Part shown: one piece after another, positions 27,146 through 38,014 of the stretch
Layout of the letters: each line of letters begins with the position of its first letter
Numbering within the stretch: position 1 is the first letter of the stretch
Assembly: GCA_964010765.1 (NCBI GenBank)
Contig: CAXGMD010000009.1
Span: 1-62,729, forward strand
DNA length: 62,729 nucleotides
Direction: 5' to 3'
Origin: an uncultured bacterium
Lineage (GTDB): Bacteria; SAR324; NAC60-12
Translations under genes and position numbers: made by a program
The notes under the pieces: model-generated
The model's database searches: none
Told to the model about the DNA's origin: nothing
Seen by the model: only the letters and a program-made list of their open reading frames with translations

Positions 27146-28876
27146 TCATTTCTCTTTTACGTAAGTGCCAGGGGCATCTCCATGCAACTTATACTTTTTA
27201 CTGCCCATCGTAGGTACATCTCCTTTATCACCGCATTGACCTTGTAGCCAAGGAATCCAATCTTGCCACCAACTTCCGGGAACTTGTTGGACATTTTTCT
27301 GCCAAATCATCGGATCTTGATCAGTTTTAGTAACAGGTCCAGCCCAGTAAGCTCGCTTTGGCGGGTTAAGAGGTGGGTTAACCACTCCAGCGATGTGCCC
27401 AGATGTTGATAAGGCAAAACGTACTTGTCCACCTGTATTGAGTCCAGTTTTGAATACTTGGTCCCATGGAGTAATGTGGTCTTTCTCAGCTGCAACTGAA
27501 TACAGCGGTTGATTGATTGCGCCAAGGTTGATTTTTTGCCCTGCCAATTCTAGTTTTCCTTGGCAGAGATGGTTATTAATATAGAACTCTCGCAAGTAAA
27601 AGGAGTGAGCCTTTTCTGGTAGCCGAGTGGAATCTTCATTCCAGAAGAGCATATCAATTGGTGGAGGAGTTTTGCCATAAAGATAGTTGTTCACCACGTA
27701 ATTCCAAATAAGACCATCTGCTTTCATGATTCGATAGGTAGTCCCCATCTGCTTGCCGTCTAAGTATCCTTTCTCAGCCATCATCTTCTCAACAAATTTC
27801 ATTGAGTCTTCATCTACGAAGAGCCCAAGATCACCTGGTTTGGAGAAATCTACCAAAGTAGTCAGTAGTGTGAAACTTGTAAAAAGATTCTTTACCTTTT
27901 TCTGAGGACCGTTCAACCAGCCCATAGTGGTAGCCAGTAAAGAACCTCCAATACAGTATCCAACAGCATGAATATTTTCTGTTCCAGTGATTTCCTGGAC
28001 AACTCTCATTCCCTCCACGGGGCCCATTAACATGTAGTCATCAAGACTCGTGTTACGTAGTTCCGTCGTTGGGTTCTTCCAACTAATCATGAAAACTGTG
28101 AAGCCATTGTTCACTAGATTTCTGACAAAACTTTTTTTCTCATTTAGGTCAAGAATGTAGAACTTGTTGATCCAGGGTGGGGTGATCAGTACAGGAGTTT
28201 GGTGTACTTGATCAGTATTGGCTTCATACTGGATCAATTCCATCAGGTCATTTCGATAAACAACCTTACCTGGTGTGTTCGCCAAGTTCTTTCCGACTTC
28301 AAAAGCGGACTTGTCGACCATTTGTGGCATTTGGTCTTGGAAGTCTTTCACCCAATTTTCAAATCCTTTGACAAGACTTTTTCCTTCGGTATCAATGAAT
28401 TCACGAATGGCTCCTGGGTTAGTCCAGAAGTAGTTGTTTGGCGATATCGCACTTACCATTTGTTCTGTCCAGAACCTGGCCTTGTCTTTTGTCCGATCTG
28501 AGACATTGGGGGTCTGCTGAATGCTTTCTTGGAGGAATTCAGAGTAGAGCTTATAATATTCCTGAATCCATCTGAAATGGGGCAACTCTTCAAGTGTTGG
28601 AATTTTGCCAAACTCTCCCTTCTCGATAGATTCTTTGGATTTATTTACGAACTCGTTCCACACTTTCATGTTGACTTCGCCGATCTTCTGACTCCAATTC
28701 TGCATGGACTGATTCAATTCTTGCGGATTCTTCGCCCAAGCTTCGGCGACTTGTTGCAGGGATTTCAGTGCTCCGAATGGATCAGTTTCAGTGCCTTGCT
28801 CGTTCATCTTGGAAATCATACTGCCAAAGAATTCCTGCATTTTTTCCTGATTGATCCCCTGTGTCTGAGTATTCAT
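27146..28876 (-). CDS. phaC: Class I/II-type poly(3-hydroxyalkanoate) synthase
   Basis: SPNNYFWTNP, FEVGKNLANTPGKVVYRNDLMELIQY, PPWINKFYILDL, lipase box GYCIGG (catalytic Cys), KDHITPW (Asp), SGHIAGVVNPP (His), GSWW, GDAPGTYV. Confidence 0.96.
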   Translation of the reverse strand: MNTQTQGINQEKMQEFFGSMISKMNEQGTETDPFGALKSLQQVAEAWAKNPQELNQSMQNWSQKIGEVNMKVWNEFVNKSKESIEKGEFGKIPTLEELPHFRWIQEYYKLYSEFLQESIQQTPNVSDRTKDKARFWTEQMVSAISPNNYFWTNPGAIREFIDTEGKSLVKGFENWVKDFQDQMPQMVDKSAFEVGKNLANTPGKVVYRNDLMELIQYEANTDQVHQTPVLITPPWINKFYILDLNEKKSFVRNLVNNGFTVFMISWKNPTTELRNTSLDDYMLMGPVEGMRVVQEITGTENIHAVGYCIGGSLLATTMGWLNGPQKKVKNLFTSFTLLTTLVDFSKPGDLGLFVDEDSMKFVEKMMAEKGYLDGKQMGTTYRIMKADGLIWNYVVNNYLYGKTPPPIDMLFWNEDSTRLPEKAHSFYLREFYINNHLCQGKLELAGQKINLGAINQPLYSVAAEKDHITPWDQVFKTGLNTGGQVRFALSTSGHIAGVVNPPLNPPKRAYWAGPVTKTDQDPMIWQKNVQQVPGSWWQDWIPWLQGQCGDKGDVPTMGSKKYKLHGDAPGTYVKEK

Positions 28877-28969
28877 CGAACAGCTCCTATCATTAATTGC
28901 TTAGCTGTAATGCTGCATTCCCACACTCTCGATTTTGTAGAGAGTGCAGAATTTTTTTGTTTCTGGAAA

Positions 28970-29758
28970 TCAAATTCTAAGTCCACCATCAACTTCAATG
29001 ACCCTACCGGTGATGTAATCATTTTCTAGAATGAAGACAGCTGTTCTTGCGATTTCTGAGGGTTCACCAAGTCTACGAATTGGCACTTGATCAATGATCT
29101 TCTGCTTCACGTCTTCACGAATCGCAGCAACCATTTCTGTGTTGATGTAACCTGGTGCGATTGCAGCGCAACGTACTCCATGTTGCGCCATTTCCTTGGC
29201 CCATGTCACAGTCATTTCCGCTACACCAGCTTTTGTGGCTGTATAGTTAGTTTGGCCCATATTCCCATTTCTTGAAATACTAGAAATGTTGATGCAAACA
29301 CCTTTGCCACCCAATTGAAGTTGTTTTTCAAAAAACTCACGGGCGCAAAGGAATACTCCTGTTAGGTTGACATCAATGACTAGTTGCCAATTTTGTAAGG
29401 ACATCTTTTGAATTTCCTCACCAGTAACATTACCAGCTTCGTCCTTAATCTTTTTCTTGCGAACAATGAGTCCATCTCGTGTGATTCCGGCATTGTTTAT
29501 TAGCCCATCAACTTGACCAAAATCTTTGACGATTTGATCAAATAGGGAAACGACTTCAGCCTCTTTGGCTACATTAGTGACGTAGGTTTGAGCTTTGACT
29601 CCCTTCGCTAAGGCCATCTCTTTCGTGGCATTTAAATCATCTTGGTTCAGATCAACCAGAGCTAAGTTTGCTCCTTTATCCGCAAGTTCTGAAGCAAATG
29701 CGCGTCCTAAGCCTCTTCCACCCCCTGTAGTAACTACGACTTTTCCTTCTAGATTCAT
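28970..29758 (-). CDS. SDR 3-oxoacyl-CoA/ACP reductase (FabG-like; probable PhaB function)
   Basis: TGGGRGLG, NNAGITRDG, catalytic YTATK, GRVIEVDGGLR; located between the thiolase and phaC. Confidence 0.88.
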   Translation of the reverse strand: MNLEGKVVVTTGGGRGLGRAFASELADKGANLALVDLNQDDLNATKEMALAKGVKAQTYVTNVAKEAEVVSLFDQIVKDFGQVDGLINNAGITRDGLIVRKKKIKDEAGNVTGEEIQKMSLQNWQLVIDVNLTGVFLCAREFFEKQLQLGGKGVCINISSISRNGNMGQTNYTATKAGVAEMTVTWAKEMAQHGVRCAAIAPGYINTEMVAAIREDVKQKIIDQVPIRRLGEPSEIARTAVFILENDYITGRVIEVDGGLRI

Positions 29759-29816
29759 ACAACCTCGTTTGTAAATTAACTCTTAAAAATCAACCTCAAA
29801 TTTTTGAGAAATTTGT

Positions 29817-30998
29817 TTACCGTTCTACTGCTAATGCGACACCAAGACCTCCTCCAATGCACAAGGTCGCTAGTCCTTTTTTAGCATCTCGACGTTTCAT
29901 TTCGTGAAGGAGTGTAACCAACACTCTGCAACCGGAAGCTCCAATTGGATGTCCAATGGCAATCGCACCTCCATTTACGTTGACTTTACTATCATCCCAC
30001 TGGAGTTCTTTGGCAACTCCCAATGCTTGTGCAGCAAAAGCCTCATTTGCTTCAATCAAATCTAAGTCCCCGACTGTCCAACCTGCCTTTTCAAGACACT
30101 TTTGTGAGGAAGGAATTGGACCAGTACCCATGATTGCTGGGTCAACTCCAGCGCTTGCATAAGCCTTAACTGTTGCCAAGGGGGTCAATCCAAGTTCCTT
30201 GGCTTTACTAGCTGACATGACAACGACAGCCGCAGCACCATCATTGATTCCAGAAGCATTGGCAGCTGTAACAGAACCATCCTTTTTAAAGGCTGGTCGA
30301 ACCTTTTGAATACTTTCAATCGTAGCTCCCTTGCGAATAAATTCATCATCCTGGAAAACGATGGGGTCTCCTTTACGCTGTGGAATTTCCACAGGCACAA
30401 TCTCTTCCTGAAATCGTCCAGCAGCTTGCGCTTCCTCAGCTAAGTTCTGAGATCTCAAAGCGAATGTATCCTGCTCATCTCTACTGATTTCATAACGATC
30501 TGCGACATTTTCAGCTGTGATGCCCATATGGTAGTCGTTAAATGCGCACCAAAGTCCGTCTTTGATCATGGTATCCGTCATTTGCCAATCACCCATACGC
30601 TGTCCATTTCGTGAGTTGGGAAGAGCATGTGGGGCTTGGCTCATATTTTCTTGACCACCCGCAATTATAACATCGGCATCGCCACACTTGATGGCTTGCG
30701 CAGCCAAGTGGACAGCTTTCAAGCCGCTTCCACACACCTTGTTAATTGTCAAAGCAGGTGTTGCCTGGGGCAATCCAGCTTTGATAACCGCTTGTCGAGC
30801 TGGATTTTGGCCCGTACTGGCCGTTAGCACTTGGCCGAGAATAACTTCGTCAATCGCTTCGGGTGCCAGGTTTGTCTTTTTCAAGAGATCACGAATGACA
30901 ATCGCACCTAAGTCGGCAGCACTGATTCCTGCTAGGCTACCATTGAAACTACCAACTGCCGTCCTTGCGGCAGCAACAATTACTACACTCTCCCCCAC
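29817..30998 (-). CDS. phaA: Acetyl-CoA acetyltransferase (biosynthetic thiolase, PhaA/AtoB)
   Basis: [17 protein letters not shown] (Cys), [35 protein letters not shown] start with TAGGAG SD. Confidence 0.93.
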   Translation of the reverse strand: MGESVVIVAAARTAVGSFNGSLAGISAADLGAIVIRDLLKKTNLAPEAIDEVILGQVLTASTGQNPARQAVIKAGLPQATPALTINKVCGSGLKAVHLAAQAIKCGDADVIIAGGQENMSQAPHALPNSRNGQRMGDWQMTDTMIKDGLWCAFNDYHMGITAENVADRYEISRDEQDTFALRSQNLAEEAQAAGRFQEEIVPVEIPQRKGDPIVFQDDEFIRKGATIESIQKVRPAFKKDGSVTAANASGINDGAAAVVVMSASKAKELGLTPLATVKAYASAGVDPAIMGTGPIPSSQKCLEKAGWTVGDLDLIEANEAFAAQALGVAKELQWDDSKVNVNGGAIAIGHPIGASGCRVLVTLLHEMKRRDAKKGLATLCIGGGLGVALAVER

Positions 30999-31036
30999 GC
31001 AATTCTCCTAGATTTGAATTCAGGCTGGTTCAGGAC

Positions 31037-31058
31037 GCGTCTCCAACACAGGAGACGC
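31037..31058. terminator. Stem-loop between acs and phaA
   Basis: GCGTCTCC-AACACA-GGAGACGC perfect 8-bp stem; no U-tract. Confidence 0.45.
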
Positions 31059-31115
31059 TGAAAGGAAGGTAAATAACAATTATGATGACAGAAAGCAATT
31101 AAAGTTGCAATTCTA

Positions 31116-33074
31116 TTATTTTTCTGTAGAAATTCGATTCTCAATCAAGTTTTCTACAACTGAGGGATCTGCGAGAGTGGAGGTGTCACCAATACTGGAG
31201 ACTTGATTTTCAGCAATCTTACGCAAGATTCTCCTCATAATCTTGCCACTGCGAGTCTTGGGAAGACCTGGAGCCCATTGGATCGCATCAATCGTTGCAA
31301 TTGGTCCAATTTCCTTGCGGACTAGCTTGACCAAATCAGTCCGTAAAGTATCCGTCGGTTCAACGCCACTGTTGAGAGTTACGTAGGCATATATACCCTG
31401 CCCCTTGATTTCATGAGGGAAGCCCACAACTGCTGCTTCTGCTACGTCGTGATGAAGTACAAGTGCAGATTCTACTTCTGCTGTCCCCATTCTGTGACCA
31501 GAGACATTGATCACGTCATCAATTCGACCAGTAATCCAATAGTAGCCATCTTCATCACGCCTTGCTCCATCTCCTGTGAAGTACATCCCCTTATATTGGA
31601 CAAAGTAGGTATTGAAGAAGCGCTCTGGATCTCCATAAACACCACGCATTTGTCCGGGCCAGGAATCCTTGATACAAAGAGCCCCTTCGGTTGCCCCCTC
31701 CAGTTCAGTTCCTGTTTGAGGATCAACAATGACGGGTTGAACTCCGAAGAAGGGCTTCGTCGCTGAGCCAGGCTTTAGCTTCGTCGCACCTGGCAATGGG
31801 GTAATCAAGATCCCACCTGTTTCTGTCTGCCACCAGGTATCCACAATTGGGCATCGCTCTTTCCCTACAACCCGATGATACCATTGCCATGCTTCTGGAT
31901 TGATAGGCTCTCCTACGGTACCGAGCAGGCGCAATGAACTGAGATCTCGTTTATTAACAAAATCGTCACCCTCTTTTGCAATAGCTCGAATCGCTGTTGG
32001 GGCAGTGTAGAAGATGTTGACTTGGTGTTTTTCGACAACATCCCAAAACCGACCCCAGTCTGGATAGTTGGGCACACCTTCATACATCACGGAACTGGCA
32101 CCATTCGCTAGAGGACCATAGATGATATACGAGTGACCAGTTACCCAGCCAATATCAGCCGTACACCAGTAGGTTTCTCCATCACGGTAGTCAAAAACAT
32201 ATTTGTGGGTCATCGAAGCGTAGGTGATGTAGCCACCAGTGGTGTGCATCACTCCCTTTGGTTTTCCAGTAGACCCAGATGTGTAGAGAATGAAGAGGGG
32301 ATCTTCAGAATCCATTTCTTCAGCAGTACAGATACTGGAAATATCATCACCATTAATCTCGGTATGCCACCAATGGTCACGATTGGAGTTCATCTCGACA
32401 GTAGTGCCTGAATGATTAACGACGATGCAACTCCTTATGTAGTCAAATCCTTCCATTGCCTGATCACAGTTTGGCTTCAGGGGGACAGCTTTATTTCCCC
32501 GGAAACCTCCATCTGCTGTCACGACAGCAGCAGGTGCACAATCGTCAATTCGGTTTCTTAAAGCATCAGCACTGAATCCACCAAAAACAATCGAATGGAC
32601 CGCACCGATTCTTGTACATGCAAGCATTGCGATGGGGAGTTCTGGGATCATGGGCATATACAAGACGACCCGATCACCTTTCTGAACCCCATGTTTTTTC
32701 AATACATTCGCAAAACGGCAGACTTCTCGGTGGAGTTGCTGGTAGGTGTATGTACGGCATTTTGTGGGATCATCAGATTCCCAGATGAGGGCTGCCTGAT
32801 TCTTTCTTGGGCTGTCCAGATGCCTATCAAGACAGTTGTAAGAAACATTAATTTTTCCACCCAAATACCACTTGATACTCGCGGTATTGAAATCAACTTC
32901 TCTGACCTTGTCCCACTTTTTGAACCAATACATTCGTTCAGCTTGCTTGGCCCAAAAACTCTCAGAATTCTCAACAGATTCCTGATACATTTGTTGATAT
33001 TGTTCCTCATTAATCAGGGCATCCTGAAAGTTGGAAGGAACATCATATACTTCTGTTGCGCTCGTCTCTGCCAT
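31116..33074 (-). CDS. acs: Acetyl-CoA synthetase (AMP-forming)
   Basis: [68 protein letters not shown]; start ATG 33074 with GGAGG SD. Confidence 0.97.
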   Translation of the reverse strand: MAETSATEVYDVPSNFQDALINEEQYQQMYQESVENSESFWAKQAERMYWFKKWDKVREVDFNTASIKWYLGGKINVSYNCLDRHLDSPRKNQAALIWESDDPTKCRTYTYQQLHREVCRFANVLKKHGVQKGDRVVLYMPMIPELPIAMLACTRIGAVHSIVFGGFSADALRNRIDDCAPAAVVTADGGFRGNKAVPLKPNCDQAMEGFDYIRSCIVVNHSGTTVEMNSNRDHWWHTEINGDDISSICTAEEMDSEDPLFILYTSGSTGKPKGVMHTTGGYITYASMTHKYVFDYRDGETYWCTADIGWVTGHSYIIYGPLANGASSVMYEGVPNYPDWGRFWDVVEKHQVNIFYTAPTAIRAIAKEGDDFVNKRDLSSLRLLGTVGEPINPEAWQWYHRVVGKERCPIVDTWWQTETGGILITPLPGATKLKPGSATKPFFGVQPVIVDPQTGTELEGATEGALCIKDSWPGQMRGVYGDPERFFNTYFVQYKGMYFTGDGARRDEDGYYWITGRIDDVINVSGHRMGTAEVESALVLHHDVAEAAVVGFPHEIKGQGIYAYVTLNSGVEPTDTLRTDLVKLVRKEIGPIATIDAIQWAPGLPKTRSGKIMRRILRKIAENQVSSIGDTSTLADPSVVENLIENRISTEK

Positions 33075-33227
33075 AACAAGCCTCCGCTCTACAAAATTTC
33101 GATTACGAAAAGCTGCACCGAAAAGTTGCCCAAGAACCTTTTCAAGGACAAGTAACGGGCAGAAAACATTCAAACATAGCAAGGATGGCGATGAAAGTCC
33201 TGCTGAAAAGCGCAGAAAATGAAGTTT

Positions 33228-33689
33228 CTAGGAGAGCGGAGATTTGTCGTACAATCCAGGTAGGCCAAGGTGTGTCAGCAGTTGTTCCTCCAAAGCTAGC
33301 ATTTCTATCTCTTCATCTTTGGACCTCTCATGGTCTAACCCGTATAAGTGACAGCAGCCATGGACCAACATTCGAATCATCTCAGTCTTTGCATCCCATC
33401 CATTGGTATCTGCTTGTTCGCAAACATCATCCCAACTGACTGCAAGATCCCCAACATGGACTGCTGAATGGTCCTCTTCATAATAAGACCAGGAGAGCAC
33501 ATCAGTACTACTATCCTTTCCTCGATATTCTACATTTAATAGTTGCATCTCAACTGCGTCCGTGATGTAGACTGAAACAGTGCGCTCTTTTTCGAACAAT
33601 TTGGTAAGTAGAAACTCCATGACCGCTATCAATTCAGTAGCCCAATCTGGTGTTTCAATATTCTCTTTCCATTGGATTGCGACAGTCAA
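33228..33689 (-). CDS. ybeY: rRNA maturation endoribonuclease YbeY
   Basis: LNVEYRGKDSSTDVLSW and the HGCCHLYGLDH metal-binding motif. Confidence 0.92.
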   Translation of the reverse strand: MTVAIQWKENIETPDWATELIAVMEFLLTKLFEKERTVSVYITDAVEMQLLNVEYRGKDSSTDVLSWSYYEEDHSAVHVGDLAVSWDDVCEQADTNGWDAKTEMIRMLVHGCCHLYGLDHERSKDEEIEMLALEEQLLTHLGLPGLYDKSPLS

Positions 33690-33716
33690 AGCGATTTCCT
33701 ATTTAGCAGCCATTTA

Positions 33717-36700
33717 CTAGGCACTAAGACGATCTGCTTCTTCAAATCGGACGGATACTGTCTTGGAAACCCCAGGTTCATCCATCGTGACTCCATACAG
33801 TGCATCGCCAATTTCCATTGTTTTTTTATTGTGTGTGATAACAACAAATTGAGAATTGGTGGTTAGGCGTCGGATGAGTTGGTTGAATCTAACAACATTT
33901 GCATCATCAAGGGGAGCATCAACCTCGTCTAAAACACAGAATGGGCTTGGCTTGATCAAGAAGATTGCGAAGACGAGAGAGATGGCAGTTAATGCTTTTT
34001 CCCCACCTGAGAGTAGGTTAAGATTTTGTAATTTCTTACCGGAAGGTTGAGCAAAAATTTCAATTCCACTTTCAAGAACATCCTCACTCTCAGTCAGTAC
34101 CATTCGTGCCTCACCTCCTCCAAAAAGCTGAGAAAACAGAGCACCAAACTGGTTATTTACTTTTTCAAACATCTCCTTGAATCGTCTTCGGGATTCAATA
34201 TTTATCTCCCGAATCGTTTTCTCCAGGTCTTCAGCAGCTTGTGTAAGGTCGGATGATTGGCTCTGCAAAAATTCCAGCCGTTCCATCAGCAAGTCGTATT
34301 CTGCCGGGGCTGCCAGATTTACATTGCCGATCGCTTCCAGTTGTTGGCGTTGCTTCCTCAACCCATTCACCAGAGAAGTTTCATCGATCTCTGCTAGAGC
34401 CTCACTCAAATTACTTTCCGGGTCAAAATCCCACTGATCAGAGAGCTGTTCTTCCAATTGTTCTCTTTGTAAACGATGCTCAGTCTGTTCAATCCTTTGC
34501 TGATGAATCTGTTGAAGCAGGTTTTCCAGAACTTTTTGTACTTCTTGAAGTCTTTTTGTCAAATCGCTATGTAGCTGGTTCTTCTGCTCATAGATTTTGG
34601 TGTCCATTTTGATTTTTTCATCCAACCCCAACCTTTTTTTCAATAGAGTTGGCATTAGAGTATCCAGTTCCTTGATGCGCAGTTGACCTTCTTGGCTTTT
34701 TGATTTTGCCAATTCTAGTGCTTCCAAAATTCGTTGGCGTCTACTTTCAATCTCTGATTGATTTCGCTGATTACGTTCTAAATTTCCTTTGATGTTTCGA
34801 ATTTGCTCTGTAGATTCAGTTATTTGCAGACGTAAGCGAGTATGTTCTTCACTGACTTCATTAAGATTTTGTTGTTGGATTTGAATCTGTTCCTGTTGTG
34901 CCGCTACTTCATTCTCTAAGTGTTGCCGACGTTCCTCCTGATGCGTGAATTCTAGTTGAATTTCCAGTTTTTGGTTTTCAAGACGTTCTTGCTCGGTATT
35001 TAAACGGATACCGTCTTGTTCAATCATCTTTAAACTCTCTTCGGTTCGAAATACCTCTCGTTGATTGTGCTCCTGTTCTTGCTGAAGGCGGGTAAGGTCT
35101 AGTTGAATTTCGTGAAGTCGGTCTAACAAATCTTGGATTTCAAGTTCCCGCTCTTGACTCTCTTCTTCAAGACTTTCTAGGCCCTCTTCCAGTACTTGAA
35201 TTCTATCTTCTTCAACTCGTGTTTTACTTTGAAGCAACTCTATTTCTTGCTGCCTTTGAAGGAAGCCAAAAGATGCTTTTGCAGGTCGTCCACACTTGAT
35301 TCCCCCAAAGGCTGGAAGATATGTTCCTGCCGAAGAAACCCAGGCTCTAGATCCAGCGTTGCTCTGCCACTTATCTAGGGCTTCCTCGAAAATAGATTCA
35401 TTTTCCTCTGCAAAGGTTATTTGTTGAAACCAGCGATTTCCCCACTCTTGAAGGGGTGGCTTACATTGGATCAACTTATCGGTGATTGGGCTTGACGAGG
35501 AGATTTCATTGAGGGGTGGTAAGCGATCCAATGTTAGAATCTCTAATCGACTGAAATTCTGCTCTTGGCAAAGTTTTTCCAGTTTGGGGATGTCCTGAAT
35601 AGAGGACAAGATGACCCAATCGAGTATGTTCTCAAGAATTGGGGCTAGGATTTTGGGATTTTCAGTATTCAAGAAGGCGAAGTCTGCAAATATTCCCAGA
35701 AAGCCAATCTTTTCTTTTTCTGCTGGATGTTGCTGAAAATATCTCAATAACTGTTGAACGCTATCACTGAAATCTTCATAGCGCTCTTGAATTTCCCGAA
35801 GTGAATTCAGACGAGATTGGAGTTTCTGAAACTCACTGAGCAAGGATTTCAATTGATTGCGGCGTTCCTCTAGCACTTCCTGCTGTTCATCGTGCTCGAG
35901 CCTAAGATCTTTTAATTCTTCATGTAATTGCTCTTGTTCTTCCTCAAGTACACTAGTTCTTCCACTAGATCTGCTCAATTTTTGTCGAGCCTCTTGCACA
36001 TGATGCTGAGCCTGAACGTGTTGTTCTCTCAGTTCAATCAAACGAGTCTGCTGTTGCTCAAGTCGCTCGATCACAAAATTTTGCTGGTTGGTCGCATTCG
36101 TCAATTTCGTATGAGTTTGTAGTAAGCTCTGCTGTAAGTCTCGAAGCAGATTGTTCTGTGACGCCAAAGCTTCGTTTTCTTGGAGGCGATCGCTTTCCAA
36201 CTTTTGAAGTGCTTCTGCAAATAGCTGATAATTTTTTTGGAGGCTCTCCATCTCAAGTTGATCTTCTGTTGCTTCCAGTTTTAACTCATTTTGAGCTTCT
36301 TCCAGTTGTTGATTGTCATCAATTAGCTGCTGAATTCTCTCATCAGAGTTTTGAATCCCCTGAGAGATCAATTGTCTTTGGCTCTCAGCATCCTGCAGTT
36401 CCTTATCAACCAAAAACATTTCATTACGAGTTGCGGCTAGCTTTTCGCCTGACAAAGTGATCTCAAGACCCAGTGTCTCTAATTCGGTCACTCTAGTTTG
36501 TTTGGTCAATTGCTCTTCAGTTTGTGTGGCCTCAGTGATTGCTATTCTTGATTTGGCATCCTCCTCACGTTGTTTTGCTTGGTTCCAACGATACAAGATT
36601 AACTGAAACTCAGCTTTCCTGATGTCCTCCCTCAGTTTCAGATATAGTCTGGCTTGTTCCACTTGGTCTTTCAGACCTTCTTCCTGCCGATCCAACTCTT

Positions 36701-37301
36701 GTAGAACATCATCGACCCGAAGTAAATTTTGGCGAGTTTCATCAAGACGCTTTTCAGCAGATTGTCGCTTGAGTCGAAACTTGACGATACCAGCGGCATC
36801 GTCAATGAAATTTCTTCTTTCTTCAGGTCTTGCATTGATCATCTCCTCGATCTTACCCTGTTGGATAATTGAATAACCTGTTCCTCCACCGACTCCGGTA
36901 TCCATAAAAAGTTCGCGAATATCAAGCAATCGAACGGGGGTTTTATTGATCAAGTACTGGCTCTCACCGGAGCGATAGAGGCGCCGAGTTATTTCAATTT
37001 CACTGTATTCACGATATTTGGGAAGTGTGTCGCCGGCAGGATTTGTAAAGGTAAGAGTAACTTCGGCCATACCCAATGGTTTCTGGTAGGCACTTCCGGC
37101 AAAAATGACGTCTTCCATGGAACCTCCGCGCAGTTGCTTGGCTCTTTGTTCACCAAGTACCCAGCGGATGGAGTCAACGACATTGGATTTTCCACACCCA
37201 TTGGGGCCCACAACAATGGTGACCCCGTTATGTTGGAAAGTGAAGGAGGTGGGATGGCAAAATGATTTGAATCCGGCGATGCGCAGCCCCTGTATGCGCA
37301 T
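33717..37301 (-). CDS. smc: Chromosome segregation protein SMC
   Basis: GFKSF, VGPNGCGKSN (Walker A), long coiled coils with a central hinge, IGNVNLAA, LLSGGEK signature, VLDEVDAPLD, ITHN. Confidence 0.96.
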   Translation of the reverse strand: MRIQGLRIAGFKSFCHPTSFTFQHNGVTIVVGPNGCGKSNVVDSIRWVLGEQRAKQLRGGSMEDVIFAGSAYQKPLGMAEVTLTFTNPAGDTLPKYREYSEIEITRRLYRSGESQYLINKTPVRLLDIRELFMDTGVGGGTGYSIIQQGKIEEMINARPEERRNFIDDAAGIVKFRLKRQSAEKRLDETRQNLLRVDDVLQELDRQEEGLKDQVEQARLYLKLREDIRKAEFQLILYRWNQAKQREEDAKSRIAITEATQTEEQLTKQTRVTELETLGLEITLSGEKLAATRNEMFLVDKELQDAESQRQLISQGIQNSDERIQQLIDDNQQLEEAQNELKLEATEDQLEMESLQKNYQLFAEALQKLESDRLQENEALASQNNLLRDLQQSLLQTHTKLTNATNQQNFVIERLEQQQTRLIELREQHVQAQHHVQEARQKLSRSSGRTSVLEEEQEQLHEELKDLRLEHDEQQEVLEERRNQLKSLLSEFQKLQSRLNSLREIQERYEDFSDSVQQLLRYFQQHPAEKEKIGFLGIFADFAFLNTENPKILAPILENILDWVILSSIQDIPKLEKLCQEQNFSRLEILTLDRLPPLNEISSSSPITDKLIQCKPPLQEWGNRWFQQITFAEENESIFEEALDKWQSNAGSRAWVSSAGTYLPAFGGIKCGRPAKASFGFLQRQQEIELLQSKTRVEEDRIQVLEEGLESLEEESQERELEIQDLLDRLHEIQLDLTRLQQEQEHNQREVFRTEESLKMIEQDGIRLNTEQERLENQKLEIQLEFTHQEERRQHLENEVAAQQEQIQIQQQNLNEVSEEHTRLRLQITESTEQIRNIKGNLERNQRNQSEIESRRQRILEALELAKSKSQEGQLRIKELDTLMPTLLKKRLGLDEKIKMDTKIYEQKNQLHSDLTKRLQEVQKVLENLLQQIHQQRIEQTEHRLQREQLEEQLSDQWDFDPESNLSEALAEIDETSLVNGLRKQRQQLEAIGNVNLAAPAEYDLLMERLEFLQSQSSDLTQAAEDLEKTIREINIESRRRFKEMFEKVNNQFGALFSQLFGGGEARMVLTESEDVLESGIEIFAQPSGKKLQNLNLLSGGEKALTAISLVFAIFLIKPSPFCVLDEVDAPLDDANVVRFNQLIRRLTTNSQFVVITHNKKTMEIGDALYGVTMDEPGVSKTVSVRFEEADRLSA

Positions 37302-37307
37302 GGAAAA

Positions 37308-37823
37308 TCAACCGGTAGAAGTTGGGTCTACAGGCGTTTCCTCAACATCAGAGTCCTCTGGGGCAACTGCTGCAAGATTTTGCTGTCTCATGCCCTCGAG
37401 GGATTCTTTTCTTTTGTTGAAAAATTGCCGGTACTCAAAGTCTTTCTCTTCCATGACCTCATCAAAGAAACTTTTCCAGAGGCCTTGTTCGGGAAAATTC
37501 ATTTCATCAAAACATCGAACAAAAAGCATGAGCCACTGACGTTCTTCCTCTAGCAAAAGCATGTAGTCGTAGGTTAAACCCTCTAGATTGAGTTGTTCCT
37601 GAGACAAAAGTTCTCTGACCTCATCAACGAGTTCACCCTCTTCACTGCGTGCAATGGTGTTTTGCAGCATCTGACATTGTAGTCGGGCAAGCTCTAGTTG
37701 TTTCCTACACTCAACCAGTTGAGAGATATTTGAGACAGAGGCCTGCTCCTGCAACCGCAGAGTCTGAACTAATAGCTCACGTTCCGTAACCTTAGCTGTA
37801 GATTCATTCGGTTGATCAGTCAT
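37308..37823 (-). CDS. Acidic coiled-coil hypothetical protein
   Basis: 171-aa ORF ending 6 nt before the smc start, on the same strand. Confidence 0.7.
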   Translation of the reverse strand: MTDQPNESTAKVTERELLVQTLRLQEQASVSNISQLVECRKQLELARLQCQMLQNTIARSEEGELVDEVRELLSQEQLNLEGLTYDYMLLLEEERQWLMLFVRCFDEMNFPEQGLWKSFFDEVMEEKDFEYRQFFNKRKESLEGMRQQNLAAVAPEDSDVEETPVDPTSTG

Positions 37824-38014
37824 TTGATATTAGCTTATTTGGTTAGCTGAGGACACTCTGAAGAACTCAGGAAGATTGATGAAAGGAGAGTATTCTGGGT
37901 TTGGAAGAGAACGTTTCTAGAACAATTAGATGAATTCTGAAACCATACAGCACGATTTGAAATCCTCAAGGCACAGTGATTCTCGCAAAGCTTATTCCAA
38001 CCATTCTGCATGAA

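Noticed and set aside
33075..33182. N-terminal extension of acs in the ORF track (similar extensions for lhgO, MoxR, the recombinase, the LytR_C protein and the PPIase)
   Set aside because: SD position, signal peptides or family N-termini favour the downstream starts I used
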